Source: a virus
Taxonomy: Duplodnaviria; Heunggongvirae; Uroviricota; Caudoviricetes
Reading direction: 5' to 3' (one strand)
IMG/VR virus record: IMGVR_UViG_3300018080_000111
Length of the DNA stretch: 64,000 nucleotides
Shown here: in pieces, positions 8,536-17,621 of the stretch
Layout of the letters: the number at the start of each line of letters is the position of its first letter
How positions within the stretch are numbered: the stretch's first letter is position 1
Program-made: the position numbers and the translations under genes
The notes under the pieces: model-generated
Database searches by the model: none
The model's input: the letters and a program-made list of their open reading frames with translations, nothing else
What the model was told of the DNA's origin: nothing

Positions 8536-10023
8536 TTATAATATACATTGATCTCCATCACATTTCTTTCTCATAACTCCGGCCTTACATCCATCTCTAA
8601 ATACTGTAACTCCTTTACATCCCATTTTCCAAGCTTTGTAGTAAGTATTTCTTACATCTTCAACCGAAGCAGTAGAGGGAAGATTGACAGTTTTTGACAC
8701 ACCTGAGTCCACATGCTCTTGAATTTTTGCTTGTATTTTTAAATGCCAGTCAGGACTAATTTCATGCGATGTGCGACAATATTTAGACCTGTAAAGGTCC
8801 CGAACCTCCTCAATAACACCTACAGTTAAGTGCCTTTCATAACTCCTTTCAAATATAGGTTCAATGCCTTGACTACAATCGGCCAGTATTGAAAGACTAC
8901 CCGTAGGTTGTTGACTCCTCTTGTAGAAACTTCCTTTTGCCACCTTTTCTGTTATTTCCTTGTAAGGAACTGATATTTCATCTAAAAAGTCTAATGTTTC
9001 TTTACTATCATATCTAATACCTAGCATAATGAGAGCATCAGCGAGTCCCATAAAACCTAATCCACAGGGATCTAATTTCTTCATTTGTGCTGTCATTTCA
9101 GGAAATGGATACCAACCAGTAGCATTAATATTTTTCAAAGTTCGTATTCCGATTTCAACTACTTCTGAAAATCTTTTGAAATTGAAATTTCCAGACTTCG
9201 TTACAAACTTTGCTAAGTTGATGGCCCCTAAATTGCAACACGTCCAGGGTGGTAGTGGAACTTCCCCACATGGATTTGCCGCGTCTATGACTACTTTGGG
9301 TTGTAAAGGATTGCCCTTATTTATTCTATCAAAGAAAAGAAGTCCAGGATCTCCAGAACACCAAGCAGAAAAAACAATTTGATCAAAAAGATCTTTAGCT
9401 TTTATTGTTTCCCATACTGCTCCTTTAAATTCCAAGTCAACTCTTTCATCTGTATCCACTTTCCCCATAAACTCATCATTAACTAATACTGAAATATTAA
9501 AATTGGTTAACTTTCCTGTCAATTTACTGATGATAAAAGAGGTGATTTCCGGATGATTGTGATTAAGAACACTGAGTAAAGCTCCCCTTCTAAATCCCCC
9601 TTGCTTGACGACTTCTGTAAGGTAATCGAAGATACCCAGAAAACTAACTATACCACTTGATTCACCTCCTGTTGATAGAGGAGTTCCGCTGGGTCTTAGA
9701 GGTGAAATGTTAAACCCTACCCCACCGCCATAATGGAAAATTCTGGCAGAGTTAGCTAAACATTTCATAATAGAATCGATACTATCCCCGATGGGTAAAA
9801 CATGACAGGGGTGAAGCAGACTTTTCCTTACTCCAGAATTTCTTAATGTAGGAGATGCGGGTAGGAAGATACCTCTTTTCATGATACTTTCTAATTTTTT
9901 ACCAAATTTGTCATCCCCTAAACTTAAAGCTTCACCTACCCTACTAAACAATTGATTAGGTGTCTCATCAGGATGGCAGTATCTTTCTTTTAATAAAAAT
10001 AATGCATTTTTACTTAGTGCCAT
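8536..10023 (-). CDS. nrdJ: Class II (B12-dependent) ribonucleotide reductase, compact form
   Basis: FLPASPTL, GGGVG, NPCGE catalytic motif, PTGSLS, GVSKTVNLP, KGVTVFRDG, C-terminal Cys pair; no nrdB in the window. Confidence 0.88.
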   Translation of the reverse strand: MALSKNALFLLKERYCHPDETPNQLFSRVGEALSLGDDKFGKKLESIMKRGIFLPASPTLRNSGVRKSLLHPCHVLPIGDSIDSIMKCLANSARIFHYGGGVGFNISPLRPSGTPLSTGGESSGIVSFLGIFDYLTEVVKQGGFRRGALLSVLNHNHPEITSFIISKLTGKLTNFNISVLVNDEFMGKVDTDERVDLEFKGAVWETIKAKDLFDQIVFSAWCSGDPGLLFFDRINKGNPLQPKVVIDAANPCGEVPLPPWTCCNLGAINLAKFVTKSGNFNFKRFSEVVEIGIRTLKNINATGWYPFPEMTAQMKKLDPCGLGFMGLADALIMLGIRYDSKETLDFLDEISVPYKEITEKVAKGSFYKRSQQPTGSLSILADCSQGIEPIFERSYERHLTVGVIEEVRDLYRSKYCRTSHEISPDWHLKIQAKIQEHVDSGVSKTVNLPSTASVEDVRNTYYKAWKMGCKGVTVFRDGCKAGVMRKKCDGDQCIL

Positions 10024-10492
10024 TCCGGTTCCTCTCTTTGCTGAAGTTTATAGTTCGCCGGACAAAATTCTGTATTCTACCAAGATCACATTCCCAAATC
10101 TCTTTTGTTCCTGGTATCATTAGAGAGGGATACTGTAAGGTTTCTAATTTCTTCTTTTCTTCTAAAACTCCTCTAGAAGGTTGCCATAAATGCAGTAAAC
10201 CACCATGGCAGCGTCTTTCTATAACTACATAATCTAAATCCATAACTTGTTTGGGAAGTAATAAATTTAATTGACGAGCAGTTTGAATTGGTATTTCAAC
10301 TTCTCCTGGACAGTACCATCTTACTTGAGGAAAAGCATTTCTTAACCATTGGACATTTCTGACTGCTATTTTACAATTTTCATTTTCGTACTCATAATCC
10401 ACAGAAAGTTTTTGGTACTCTTCATGGCTTTTGGCATCAACCCCTTTTTTTCCTGCAATAGGATGGCTGTAGTATATCATTGGTTCTTTCAT
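10010..10492 (-). CDS. Hypothetical protein
   Basis: 160-aa ORF coupled to nrdJ; begins IYYSHPI. Confidence 0.6.
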   Translation of the reverse strand: MKEPMIYYSHPIAGKKGVDAKSHEEYQKLSVDYEYENENCKIAVRNVQWLRNAFPQVRWYCPGEVEIPIQTARQLNLLLPKQVMDLDYVVIERRCHGGLLHLWQPSRGVLEEKKKLETLQYPSLMIPGTKEIWECDLGRIQNFVRRTINFSKERNRNGTK

Positions 10493-11217
10493 TTCAACAT
10501 TCTCCCAAGATCGAAGGACATATTGGACACCGCTTCTATTTCAGATTGCCATTTAAAGCATTTAATAAATTCCTCGTCGACCCACCTTTTGGTGTCCTCT
10601 AAACTCTTTTCCCTATTGTCATAGATGAGATTGAAATACCTTCCTGGTTCTTTCGAGAAAATAAGTGTATTGAATTCATCTATTTGATGGGATATATTAG
10701 GACCTTTTCTGGTAGATTCCAAACTTTTTCCCTCAAATTCATCTAAGGCCGTTTCACTTTCGTGTTGGTCCTGATCACCAAAAGGAGCACGAAGAAGTCG
10801 GATCACGCTTCCTCCCATTTCTTGGATGGACTTAAGCTCATTTGGAAATCGGACGTCTGGGGTAAAGACTACGGTGGGCTCATTTCTACTAGTGTATGAT
10901 CCTAAATCAAATATTTTCTTTTTATATGAATTAACCCAACAATCTTCCCAGGTATGTCGGAACCAATCAGTTCCTATCAATTGAAGAAGTTCTCGGATCG
11001 TCTTTCCACAAGGCAAAGTCTTATTTTTGACCTCATCTAAATCCAAATCATCTGGACATTTAATTGACCATTCTCGTGGAATAAAGCAATCGATTATTAT
11101 TTTCTTTAGGGAGTCCGCAAATCGAACTACACTACTTTGTGGAATTTTTTCTAGTAGATAATCTACAAGGGTAGATTTCCCACCTAGTTTTTTGGCGGAA
11201 ATTCCGATAATGATCAT
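10489..11217 (-). CDS. Deoxynucleoside monophosphate kinase
   Basis: IIGISAKKLGGKST...RFADSLK...RELLQLIGTDWFR...PDVRFPNE. Confidence 0.88.
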   Translation of the reverse strand: MIIIGISAKKLGGKSTLVDYLLEKIPQSSVVRFADSLKKIIIDCFIPREWSIKCPDDLDLDEVKNKTLPCGKTIRELLQLIGTDWFRHTWEDCWVNSYKKKIFDLGSYTSRNEPTVVFTPDVRFPNELKSIQEMGGSVIRLLRAPFGDQDQHESETALDEFEGKSLESTRKGPNISHQIDEFNTLIFSKEPGRYFNLIYDNREKSLEDTKRWVDEEFIKCFKWQSEIEAVSNMSFDLGRMLK

Positions 11218-11642
11218 ATTTCCCCTCCTCCTTCTTCAATTTCAGATTCCATTGCTTTTTGTTCGCCTTCCTTATCTTTATTTATGGCTGATTCTATGGT
11301 AAATCCATTGGGACTTCTTGTTCGTAATTTTACCATATTGAGCCTCATTAGATCCTCAAAGGAGACGTTTAGGGCGTTCATTCCCATAATAAGATAGTGT
11401 AGCTGATCTGCCATCTCATCTAGAAATTTAATTCTAGGAATTTTGACTCCATAGAATTTGATCTTCTTCATCAAATCAGAAAGTTCTCCAGATTCTGTGA
11501 CCATACCGGTTATGGCATGATCTAACCTAAGCCGGATTTCTTCCTCTTTAGTGCATTCCCTGTTGAGTACGAATCTTCGATACTCCTGAATTTTAGGATC
11601 GTTTTCTTGGGGGAAAGTTTCGCTCATTTTGTTTCTCCTCAT
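11214..11642 (-). CDS. MazG-like nucleotide pyrophosphohydrolase
   Basis: HAITGMVTESGEL...DEMADQLHYL...NMVKLRTR. Confidence 0.85.
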   Translation of the reverse strand: MRRNKMSETFPQENDPKIQEYRRFVLNRECTKEEEIRLRLDHAITGMVTESGELSDLMKKIKFYGVKIPRIKFLDEMADQLHYLIMGMNALNVSFEDLMRLNMVKLRTRSPNGFTIESAINKDKEGEQKAMESEIEEGGGEI

Positions 11643-11899
11643 TCTCTATATAGCTTCGAAAGGGACAGACCGAACAAATTTTTGCCTCTACCTCTTTCGA
11701 CTTCCTTCATTTTTGGATAATCACGACAAAATTTATTAAACTCTTCTTCCGTCAGATTAAGTTTCCTTTTCATATGGTTCCGAACCCTTTCCACCATCTC
11801 CATCGTTACTAGATTCTCTTTCGGTGTTAGTGTCTTCTTTATTCTTTTTCTTCCAATCCTCGAGAGCAGATTTTTTCCTCTTCTCCATAACTTCATCAC
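11639..11899 (-). CDS. Hypothetical protein
   Basis: ATGA overlap with neighbour; partly overlaps an alternative ORF 11757-11972. Confidence 0.4.
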   Translation of the reverse strand: MMKLWRRGKNLLSRIGRKRIKKTLTPKENLVTMEMVERVRNHMKRKLNLTEEEFNKFCRDYPKMKEVERGRGKNLFGLSLSKLYRE

Positions 11900-11982
11900 A
11901 TAGTTCCTTAATAGAGTTCCTAAGTTGTTGGGCCTTCCAATCTATTGTTCGTTGTTGTTTTTTAGTGGGCATTGAACACCTC

Positions 11983-12876
11983 TCAGTAATTACTTGTCAC
12001 AGTAAGATGAAATGGATCTTTACATTTCTTCCGATTCAGCCAAAGGAAGGAATCAACGTCATTGCTGGAACACCCACACTTATCTGATATCATCTTACAG
12101 GCTAAAACAGAAACTGCACGAATTTCAATTTCTTCCCGACAATTTTCTGGAAGTAAAGTTCTTGATAAAATCTTCTTTTCTAGATCTTCTTTATATTGAA
12201 TACAACCAAAAAATCTCAGCATCTTTGGAATTTGATAATCTGCTGCGATGGGGAATTCTTGGATATCTTCTTCATACAGACCCAACCTTCTATTTAATTG
12301 GAGGATAAGAAGTATGGCCCTCTTCAAGAATAGGTCCTGGGAATATCCAGAAAGATGCTGAACTATACAATTAAGAAGCAAAGAAGAATCCTTAGGAACG
12401 TTTTCTACCATCTCTCCAATGAAACAGGTATTTGATATCTCATTGAGATGTTGAATTCTATGGGAAAGCAGAGGAAACCGCTCTGAAATGAGTTTACTCT
12501 TAAAGGAATCCACAATAATTCGTACTTCATGCTGGGGGTGGTATTGTCCAGTTTTCCTTAGTTTAATCATTTCTTGGAAACTCTGGGTTAGAAGATCACA
12601 CATCTTTGTGGATTGAGCTCCACCAGGCCGAAGAGTATCATCTCCAAACCAGTAACAATAGTTTACCGAATTTGCAATCAATTCATACAGAACGATATCG
12701 GAATCCAATGTGATTCCTTCCGGCTTTGGCCAGGGAACAGATTTTTCTGTTTTGGCCAACCATTGAGAAATCTCCTCGGATAGCTTAGAGATCCCATCTT
12801 TATTAATTTCAATATGCCGAAGATCGCTGCAAACTTCCCCGGATAAGTCCCAAACGGATTCAATTAGTTTGTTCAT
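11983..12876 (-). CDS. Queuosine salvage family protein (Q_salvage/DUF2419, QNG1-like)
   Basis: ANSVNYCYW, FLKRAIL, FPIAADYQIPKMLRFFGCIQY, EIEIRAVS, VDSFLW, PFHLTVTSNY C-terminus. Confidence 0.82.
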   Translation of the reverse strand: MNKLIESVWDLSGEVCSDLRHIEINKDGISKLSEEISQWLAKTEKSVPWPKPEGITLDSDIVLYELIANSVNYCYWFGDDTLRPGGAQSTKMCDLLTQSFQEMIKLRKTGQYHPQHEVRIIVDSFKSKLISERFPLLSHRIQHLNEISNTCFIGEMVENVPKDSSLLLNCIVQHLSGYSQDLFLKRAILLILQLNRRLGLYEEDIQEFPIAADYQIPKMLRFFGCIQYKEDLEKKILSRTLLPENCREEIEIRAVSVLACKMISDKCGCSSNDVDSFLWLNRKKCKDPFHLTVTSNY

Positions 12877-12907
12877 TCTATTTCTCCGATTTGATTCACG
12901 CCTTATA

Positions 12908-13528
12908 TTATACTTCTCCCAATCCTTTTCGTGTAAATTCTCTTTTTAGTATTCTTGAAACCCGTTCAATTTTTCTTTCCAGGATACTCCGATTTTTACC
13001 CCATCGATTTCCAAAAGTCCTGAGTATTTTATTTATGCTCATATTTCGGATATGCACAACCTCCATAAGGTGATATTCTTCTTTACTGATCCTATCAGCC
13101 TTAATAAGGTCATGAATAATTTTTTGAATCTCTTCGCACATTAAACGGGTTTCAGTATCATCCTCTTCTACATAGTCTGGATGCTCATATAGATATCTTT
13201 CTACATCAAAGTTTTTTACTTTATACATTCGAAAGAGTTCATTTCGGACACAGAGAAGGATCCATCTTGGGATCGCTTTGGAATGAACCTCAGGATCATA
13301 TCTTTTAATTGTAATTCCCAAACCCACTATTGCCGTCTGATAAGCATCCTGTAATAATTGAGGCATAGGTTCCTCAAAGTAGTATATGCGGGAAAACTGG
13401 ACAATCAGTTCCGAAATTAGTGGGTCTACCCTTTCCAATATCTTTGTAAATACTTCTTGGGTAGGATTCTTTTTTTGTTGGCAAAACAACTCCTTTAAAA
13501 TCTCAAGTTGATCCTCATGGAAGTGCAT
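12908..13528 (-). CDS. Sigma-70-like RNA polymerase factor
   Basis: LLQDAYQTAIVGL...RYDPE...WILLCVRNEL (region 2) plus C-terminal HTH-like region. Confidence 0.65.
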   Translation of the reverse strand: MHFHEDQLEILKELFCQQKKNPTQEVFTKILERVDPLISELIVQFSRIYYFEEPMPQLLQDAYQTAIVGLGITIKRYDPEVHSKAIPRWILLCVRNELFRMYKVKNFDVERYLYEHPDYVEEDDTETRLMCEEIQKIIHDLIKADRISKEEYHLMEVVHIRNMSINKILRTFGNRWGKNRSILERKIERVSRILKREFTRKGLGEV

Positions 13529-13639
13529 TCTCCTTCTCCTCTACATAGTTACTACTTTCCTTTGAATTAAAACAAAAAACCCTTCCCCACTTTCATTTCT
13601 GAAAGAAACAACAAATGTTGCCAAAGGGTAATAATTGAC

Positions 13640-13727
13640 TCCTCCCTTGGATATGGCTGGGAGTAACAAAACATAATTTAACTTAACTAAACTTAACGAA
13701 ATGCAACAGAACTCAACTTAGTTCGAT
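13640..13727 (-). ncRNA. Pentamer array B (11 perfect RTT-NN units plus 2 degenerate) with 3' hairpin; putative gapped guide RNA
   Basis: Plus-strand units from 13663: gtaac aaaac ataat ttaac ttaac taaac ttaac gaaat gcaac agaac tcaac; 27 bp (13640-13666) identical to 27698-27724. Confidence 0.8.
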
Positions 13728-13730
13728 GAA

Positions 13731-15695
13731 TTATTTCTGGGATTTTCGGAAAATGGATTTATACTTACTCGCCAAATCATTTCTTAAGGCCTCTTCCTTC
13801 TTTTCTTCAATTTTTTTCTTTCCACCCTTAATCGATCCTTCATCTACCCACCATAACCCCGAGAGAGGTTCTTCCTTCTTCTTTTCAAAGGCCTTTTTCA
13901 TTATATCTATATTTGGTGGGACTTTACATTCTTTCCGGGCCATCTCAACAGATACCACCACAGAGTCAGAACAGTCTTTGGATCCTTCTAAAACCAGTTC
14001 ATCCAGGCTTCCATCCTCTTTGGTAATAGATATGACCGCTTCCTTTGGATGATCTATCTTATTTGTATTGGGATCTTCTTCTAAGTGGGATAATTCAAAA
14101 TGCAGATAACCATGTCGATGACAAACCCAGCGACCATCTTTAACAAGATCATCCCTAAAACTTCGGTAATACTGGGGATTCTTATCAATAGATTCGTATT
14201 TACATTTAATTCCTGCTTTTTCAAGAATCTGGGTTGTGTCGGTACTTGCTAATTTGAGGTCAAAAGTGGCCAATGCTATATTAAACCCATAACTCTTCTT
14301 TAAAAGAATAAGAAATCTCCGTACTTTGGTTAAATCAATTTCATCATCTTCCGGGGCTTTAATTCTCATTACAAAATCTGTTTCTATGACTGGAACTTTA
14401 TCAACCCCAATACTTCCATCCTCCAAAGTTCTATTATTTTCCTTCCATCCAGAAACGCAGGACATTGCCAGTCCATATGCATCATGAGAAAAGGCGATGT
14501 CTCCATGAACATATCTTGGGATGTGCCGAGGAACCCTAATCTTATCCACATTTAGGAAATGAATTAATTCTTTTTCTTCCTCTTTCATCCCCAGATAAAT
14601 AGTGTTCATACTTACTGGATCTTCCTTTTTTGGGTCATAACAGTCCAATAGATATTTTTCGGATTTGAATAGTCGACTTTTCCTTAGGTAGCTGGCACTG
14701 ATACCTGCCAGGTCTCTTAACGCACCCGTGATGTCTTCTTGGAATGCTCTTCGAAAAACCTCGGGAACCTGTATAACTGTGAATCCGTTCGTAGTAGCTT
14801 CCTTTATCTCCTCTTTGGTTTCTATTATTTTAGACGGAGAATATATGTCGCCAATTCTGACTGGAAATTTGGAACAGCCCTCAAATTCCTTATCGTCAGC
14901 TTCCCATTTAGGAATATCAACAATATGGACGGCTTTATGTCCCTTTTTCTTTGCGATGAAAGCATTTACAAAGGATAGGTTTTCCTGCTTTGATGCGACA
15001 ATAAAGAATTTTCCTAAGGATTGTTCATTGATTACAAATCTATCCTCAAATCTACGAAGGGCAGACTCAACCGATTTAATTACTTTCTCCCTTTGTTTTA
15101 TTCCTGCCTTGGGGGAATCAACCTCATCCATAAGGGCTGCAATTACATCCTGGCCTAATTCTGCCTGTGAATAAGGGGAGGCAAGAATGTAATCAAATAG
15201 ATCAAAATGTATCTGAGGTTCCAAATTTCCTGAAATTCTTCCTTTGTTCCTAAACCACTCAGAGGATAGCAGATGGTTCTGGAGAACCCGGAATCCTTTA
15301 CTATCCCCTAGGGTTTTATTTAGGTTAAAAAAGACAATGGCCATTTTTCCGCCTGCCTGTTTGCGATAATATGCAAAAGGGTTACGTAAACAAAGGTGTA
15401 AATACATCACGAATGCTATCCCCAGAATAGCTGCACGGGATTTTCCTATTCCAATGGCACCAGTAAGGACGGGGAGGTATTTGGTGGGTTCACCCATTAG
15501 AAAGGATAGTTCTCTTCTCCACACAGGAAAGATGGCCTTTCCAGGAATCCCATCCTCATTCTTGGTAATTTTTCCTAAGAATTCCTCTCTTCGTAGAAAT
15601 TCCAAAAAGGAGACGGGGGTTTCCTTGTAATGTATTTTTGTGGTTGCTGACGTGAAGGTCGTTAACCAGCGTTGATCAGGATTCTTCTGGTTCAT
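13731..15695 (-). CDS. terL: Terminase large subunit
   Basis: Walker A VLTGAIGIGKS, Walker B ALMDEVD, RNase H-like HGDIAFSHDAYG and KDCSDSV. Confidence 0.85.
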   Translation of the reverse strand: MNQKNPDQRWLTTFTSATTKIHYKETPVSFLEFLRREEFLGKITKNEDGIPGKAIFPVWRRELSFLMGEPTKYLPVLTGAIGIGKSRAAILGIAFVMYLHLCLRNPFAYYRKQAGGKMAIVFFNLNKTLGDSKGFRVLQNHLLSSEWFRNKGRISGNLEPQIHFDLFDYILASPYSQAELGQDVIAALMDEVDSPKAGIKQREKVIKSVESALRRFEDRFVINEQSLGKFFIVASKQENLSFVNAFIAKKKGHKAVHIVDIPKWEADDKEFEGCSKFPVRIGDIYSPSKIIETKEEIKEATTNGFTVIQVPEVFRRAFQEDITGALRDLAGISASYLRKSRLFKSEKYLLDCYDPKKEDPVSMNTIYLGMKEEEKELIHFLNVDKIRVPRHIPRYVHGDIAFSHDAYGLAMSCVSGWKENNRTLEDGSIGVDKVPVIETDFVMRIKAPEDDEIDLTKVRRFLILLKKSYGFNIALATFDLKLASTDTTQILEKAGIKCKYESIDKNPQYYRSFRDDLVKDGRWVCHRHGYLHFELSHLEEDPNTNKIDHPKEAVISITKEDGSLDELVLEGSKDCSDSVVVSVEMARKECKVPPNIDIMKKAFEKKKEEPLSGLWWVDEGSIKGGKKKIEEKKEEALRNDLASKYKSIFRKSQK

Positions 15696-16359
15696 CGGTT
15701 GCTCGGTTTACTTCAGATTCGATTAATCTACGGATTCGGTTAATTTCGGAAGGATCTAATTGGCTCAATTTTTCCATAAGTTTTTGTTCTGCTGGGGGAA
15801 GAACCTCTGAGGATTCTACTTGTATAGTATCCTGGGTAGATCTCTCTTCCTGGGTAGATTGGAGTTGTCCAGGGGTTTCTGGGGAATTTAGAATGAGTCC
15901 CATGGCGGCCAAGAACTTTCCAACATATTCATCTTCTCTCCGCATCCTGTCAATAATTTTGATTACGGTATTGTCATTAACTTTGTCGGCCTTGAGAATT
16001 TCGCAATTCTTCCCACATTTCTTGCATTTATACCAGGTTGATCCTTCGTACGTATTTTCAGAAACCGGCCCTGAGCAGCAGACTGATATCAGTTCCTTTT
16101 TGCTTAGTACTTCTTTTAGGCGGTCTTCTAGGATGGTTAACCGTTGTTCCCTGCCTAAAAGGATCGCTTCTGTAATGTGGCAGGCTATCTGAAAGGAGGC
16201 ATCATGCTTAAATCCTTTGCGGATTCTATTAGTAACCTTTCGGACGTAGTTTTCCTCTAATCCGGTTTCTTCAATGACGGCGGAAACATTACCTCGATGT
16301 TTGAAGTATAGTCTTCGGATCTTTTCTTCGGTTTGAAATTTAGTAATTTGGGTAGTCAT
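15676..16359 (-). CDS. HTH and Zn-ribbon protein, candidate terminase small subunit
   Basis: N-terminal HTH-like GNVSAVIEETGL, CC..CxxC; directly upstream of and overlapping terL. Confidence 0.45.
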   Translation of the reverse strand: MTTQITKFQTEEKIRRLYFKHRGNVSAVIEETGLEENYVRKVTNRIRKGFKHDASFQIACHITEAILLGREQRLTILEDRLKEVLSKKELISVCCSGPVSENTYEGSTWYKCKKCGKNCEILKADKVNDNTVIKIIDRMRREDEYVGKFLAAMGLILNSPETPGQLQSTQEERSTQDTIQVESSEVLPPAEQKLMEKLSQLDPSEINRIRRLIESEVNRATDEPEES

Positions 16360-16364
16360 AACAA

Positions 16365-16727
16365 CTATTCGTCCACTACTCCTAAAATATCTGCCTCAAC
16401 ACAAATGAAAATCTTATATTCTTTCCCATCCAATCCTAGAACATTTAAGGACCAAGGAACACTATTGTCAAAGAAGACCTTCACCCCAGGTTTCAATTTG
16501 GGGTCAATTCGATTCCACTTATTCTTTTTGTCATAGTATCCTGGACCAATGGACATTAGGATTCCCGTCTTGTCCTGATAATATTCTTGGAACTCTTGTG
16601 GTATAGAAATCATTTCTTCCTCTCCTAAGGTTTCAGGGGGAGGACAGGGAAAGATAAATGCCTTACTTTCCAACGCTCTGAAAGGAAATTGTAGTTGTCC
16701 TTTTTCATTGTGGAAGGGGGTCTTCAT
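16365..16727 (-). CDS. groES: Co-chaperonin GroES-like
   Basis: FRALESKAFI...GILMSIGPG...LKPGVKVFF...EADILGVVDE. Confidence 0.75.
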   Translation of the reverse strand: MKTPFHNEKGQLQFPFRALESKAFIFPCPPPETLGEEEMISIPQEFQEYYQDKTGILMSIGPGYYDKKNKWNRIDPKLKPGVKVFFDNSVPWSLNVLGLDGKEYKIFICVEADILGVVDE

Positions 16728-17250
16728 TGGAAAATTCTCCAGTAACGAATCGTTCTATCACTTTAAGATTGTTCTTAACTATATCTGAATTTGTCCTCTT
16801 CTTTATGATCCAAAATCGAAAGGTTTCCGCGGAATTCTCCCAATGATTCGTTAGAGCATACATATTTGGAGCGCCCTTTGCCGGAATCCAATGTAGGGGA
16901 ATAACAAAACAAAGGAAGTTTAACGGAATGTCATATTTTACATCCTGATATTCAGAAAGGAATTTCTCATACTCCTTTGGAGATTTTCTAAGTCGATTTA
17001 CTTCAAAACTATGCATACATTCATGGAAAAATGCCTCTTTTGTGGTAAAAGGACATAAATGGATAATCTCATCGTCCTCAACCCAGGAAACAGAAAAAAT
17101 ACAACGGAGGGAAATTTCAGATTGTATTGGCCCTAGATTTTTCTGCATGTACCGAGGAAGTTCCGACTTCCATGAATCAACTATTTCAGGATTCATGGAG
17201 CATCCTGAGATCACAAGTAGTAGTAAAAAGGGTAGAATTATTCGGAGCAT
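16705..17250 (-). CDS. Lipoprotein with HEXXH metallopeptidase-like motif
   Basis: Lipobox LVISGC; FFHECMH; ENSAETF. Confidence 0.6.
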   Translation of the reverse strand: MLRIILPFLLLLVISGCSMNPEIVDSWKSELPRYMQKNLGPIQSEISLRCIFSVSWVEDDEIIHLCPFTTKEAFFHECMHSFEVNRLRKSPKEYEKFLSEYQDVKYDIPLNFLCFVIPLHWIPAKGAPNMYALTNHWENSAETFRFWIIKKRTNSDIVKNNLKVIERFVTGEFSNEDPLPQ

Positions 17251-17621
17251 TAAATAATGTCCTTAATATATGTGGCCTTGTTCGTGGGTGTTTCCCATAA
17301 GTCTACCCTGTAGCAATGAGGTACCTTATGACAAATCCATCTTGCCAAATTTTCCGCGGTTGGGTTGTCAAAAGGAAATAGTTCCTCTCCGGATAATTCA
17401 TTAAAATTCTGATGGTCCAATACACCATGCACCATCCTTTTTATGATAGAGAAATCTATCAACATTCCTCGGTTCTCATCTATGATGGAGTCTTCTCCTC
17501 TACAGTAAATCTTTACTTTCCAGGAGTGTCCGTGAATTTTGTTGCACGGACTATTGTAAGGAAGATTTAAGTGATGAGCACCATTTATCTCTATATCTTT
17601 TTCGATTTCAAACATTTTCAA
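17250..17621 (-). CDS. queD: 6-carboxy-5,6,7,8-tetrahydropterin synthase
   Basis: GAHHL...CNKIHGHSW...LIDFS...LDHQNFN...PTAENLA...WETP. Confidence 0.92.
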   Translation of the reverse strand: MKMFEIEKDIEINGAHHLNLPYNSPCNKIHGHSWKVKIYCRGEDSIIDENRGMLIDFSIIKRMVHGVLDHQNFNELSGEELFPFDNPTAENLARWICHKVPHCYRVDLWETPTNKATYIKDII

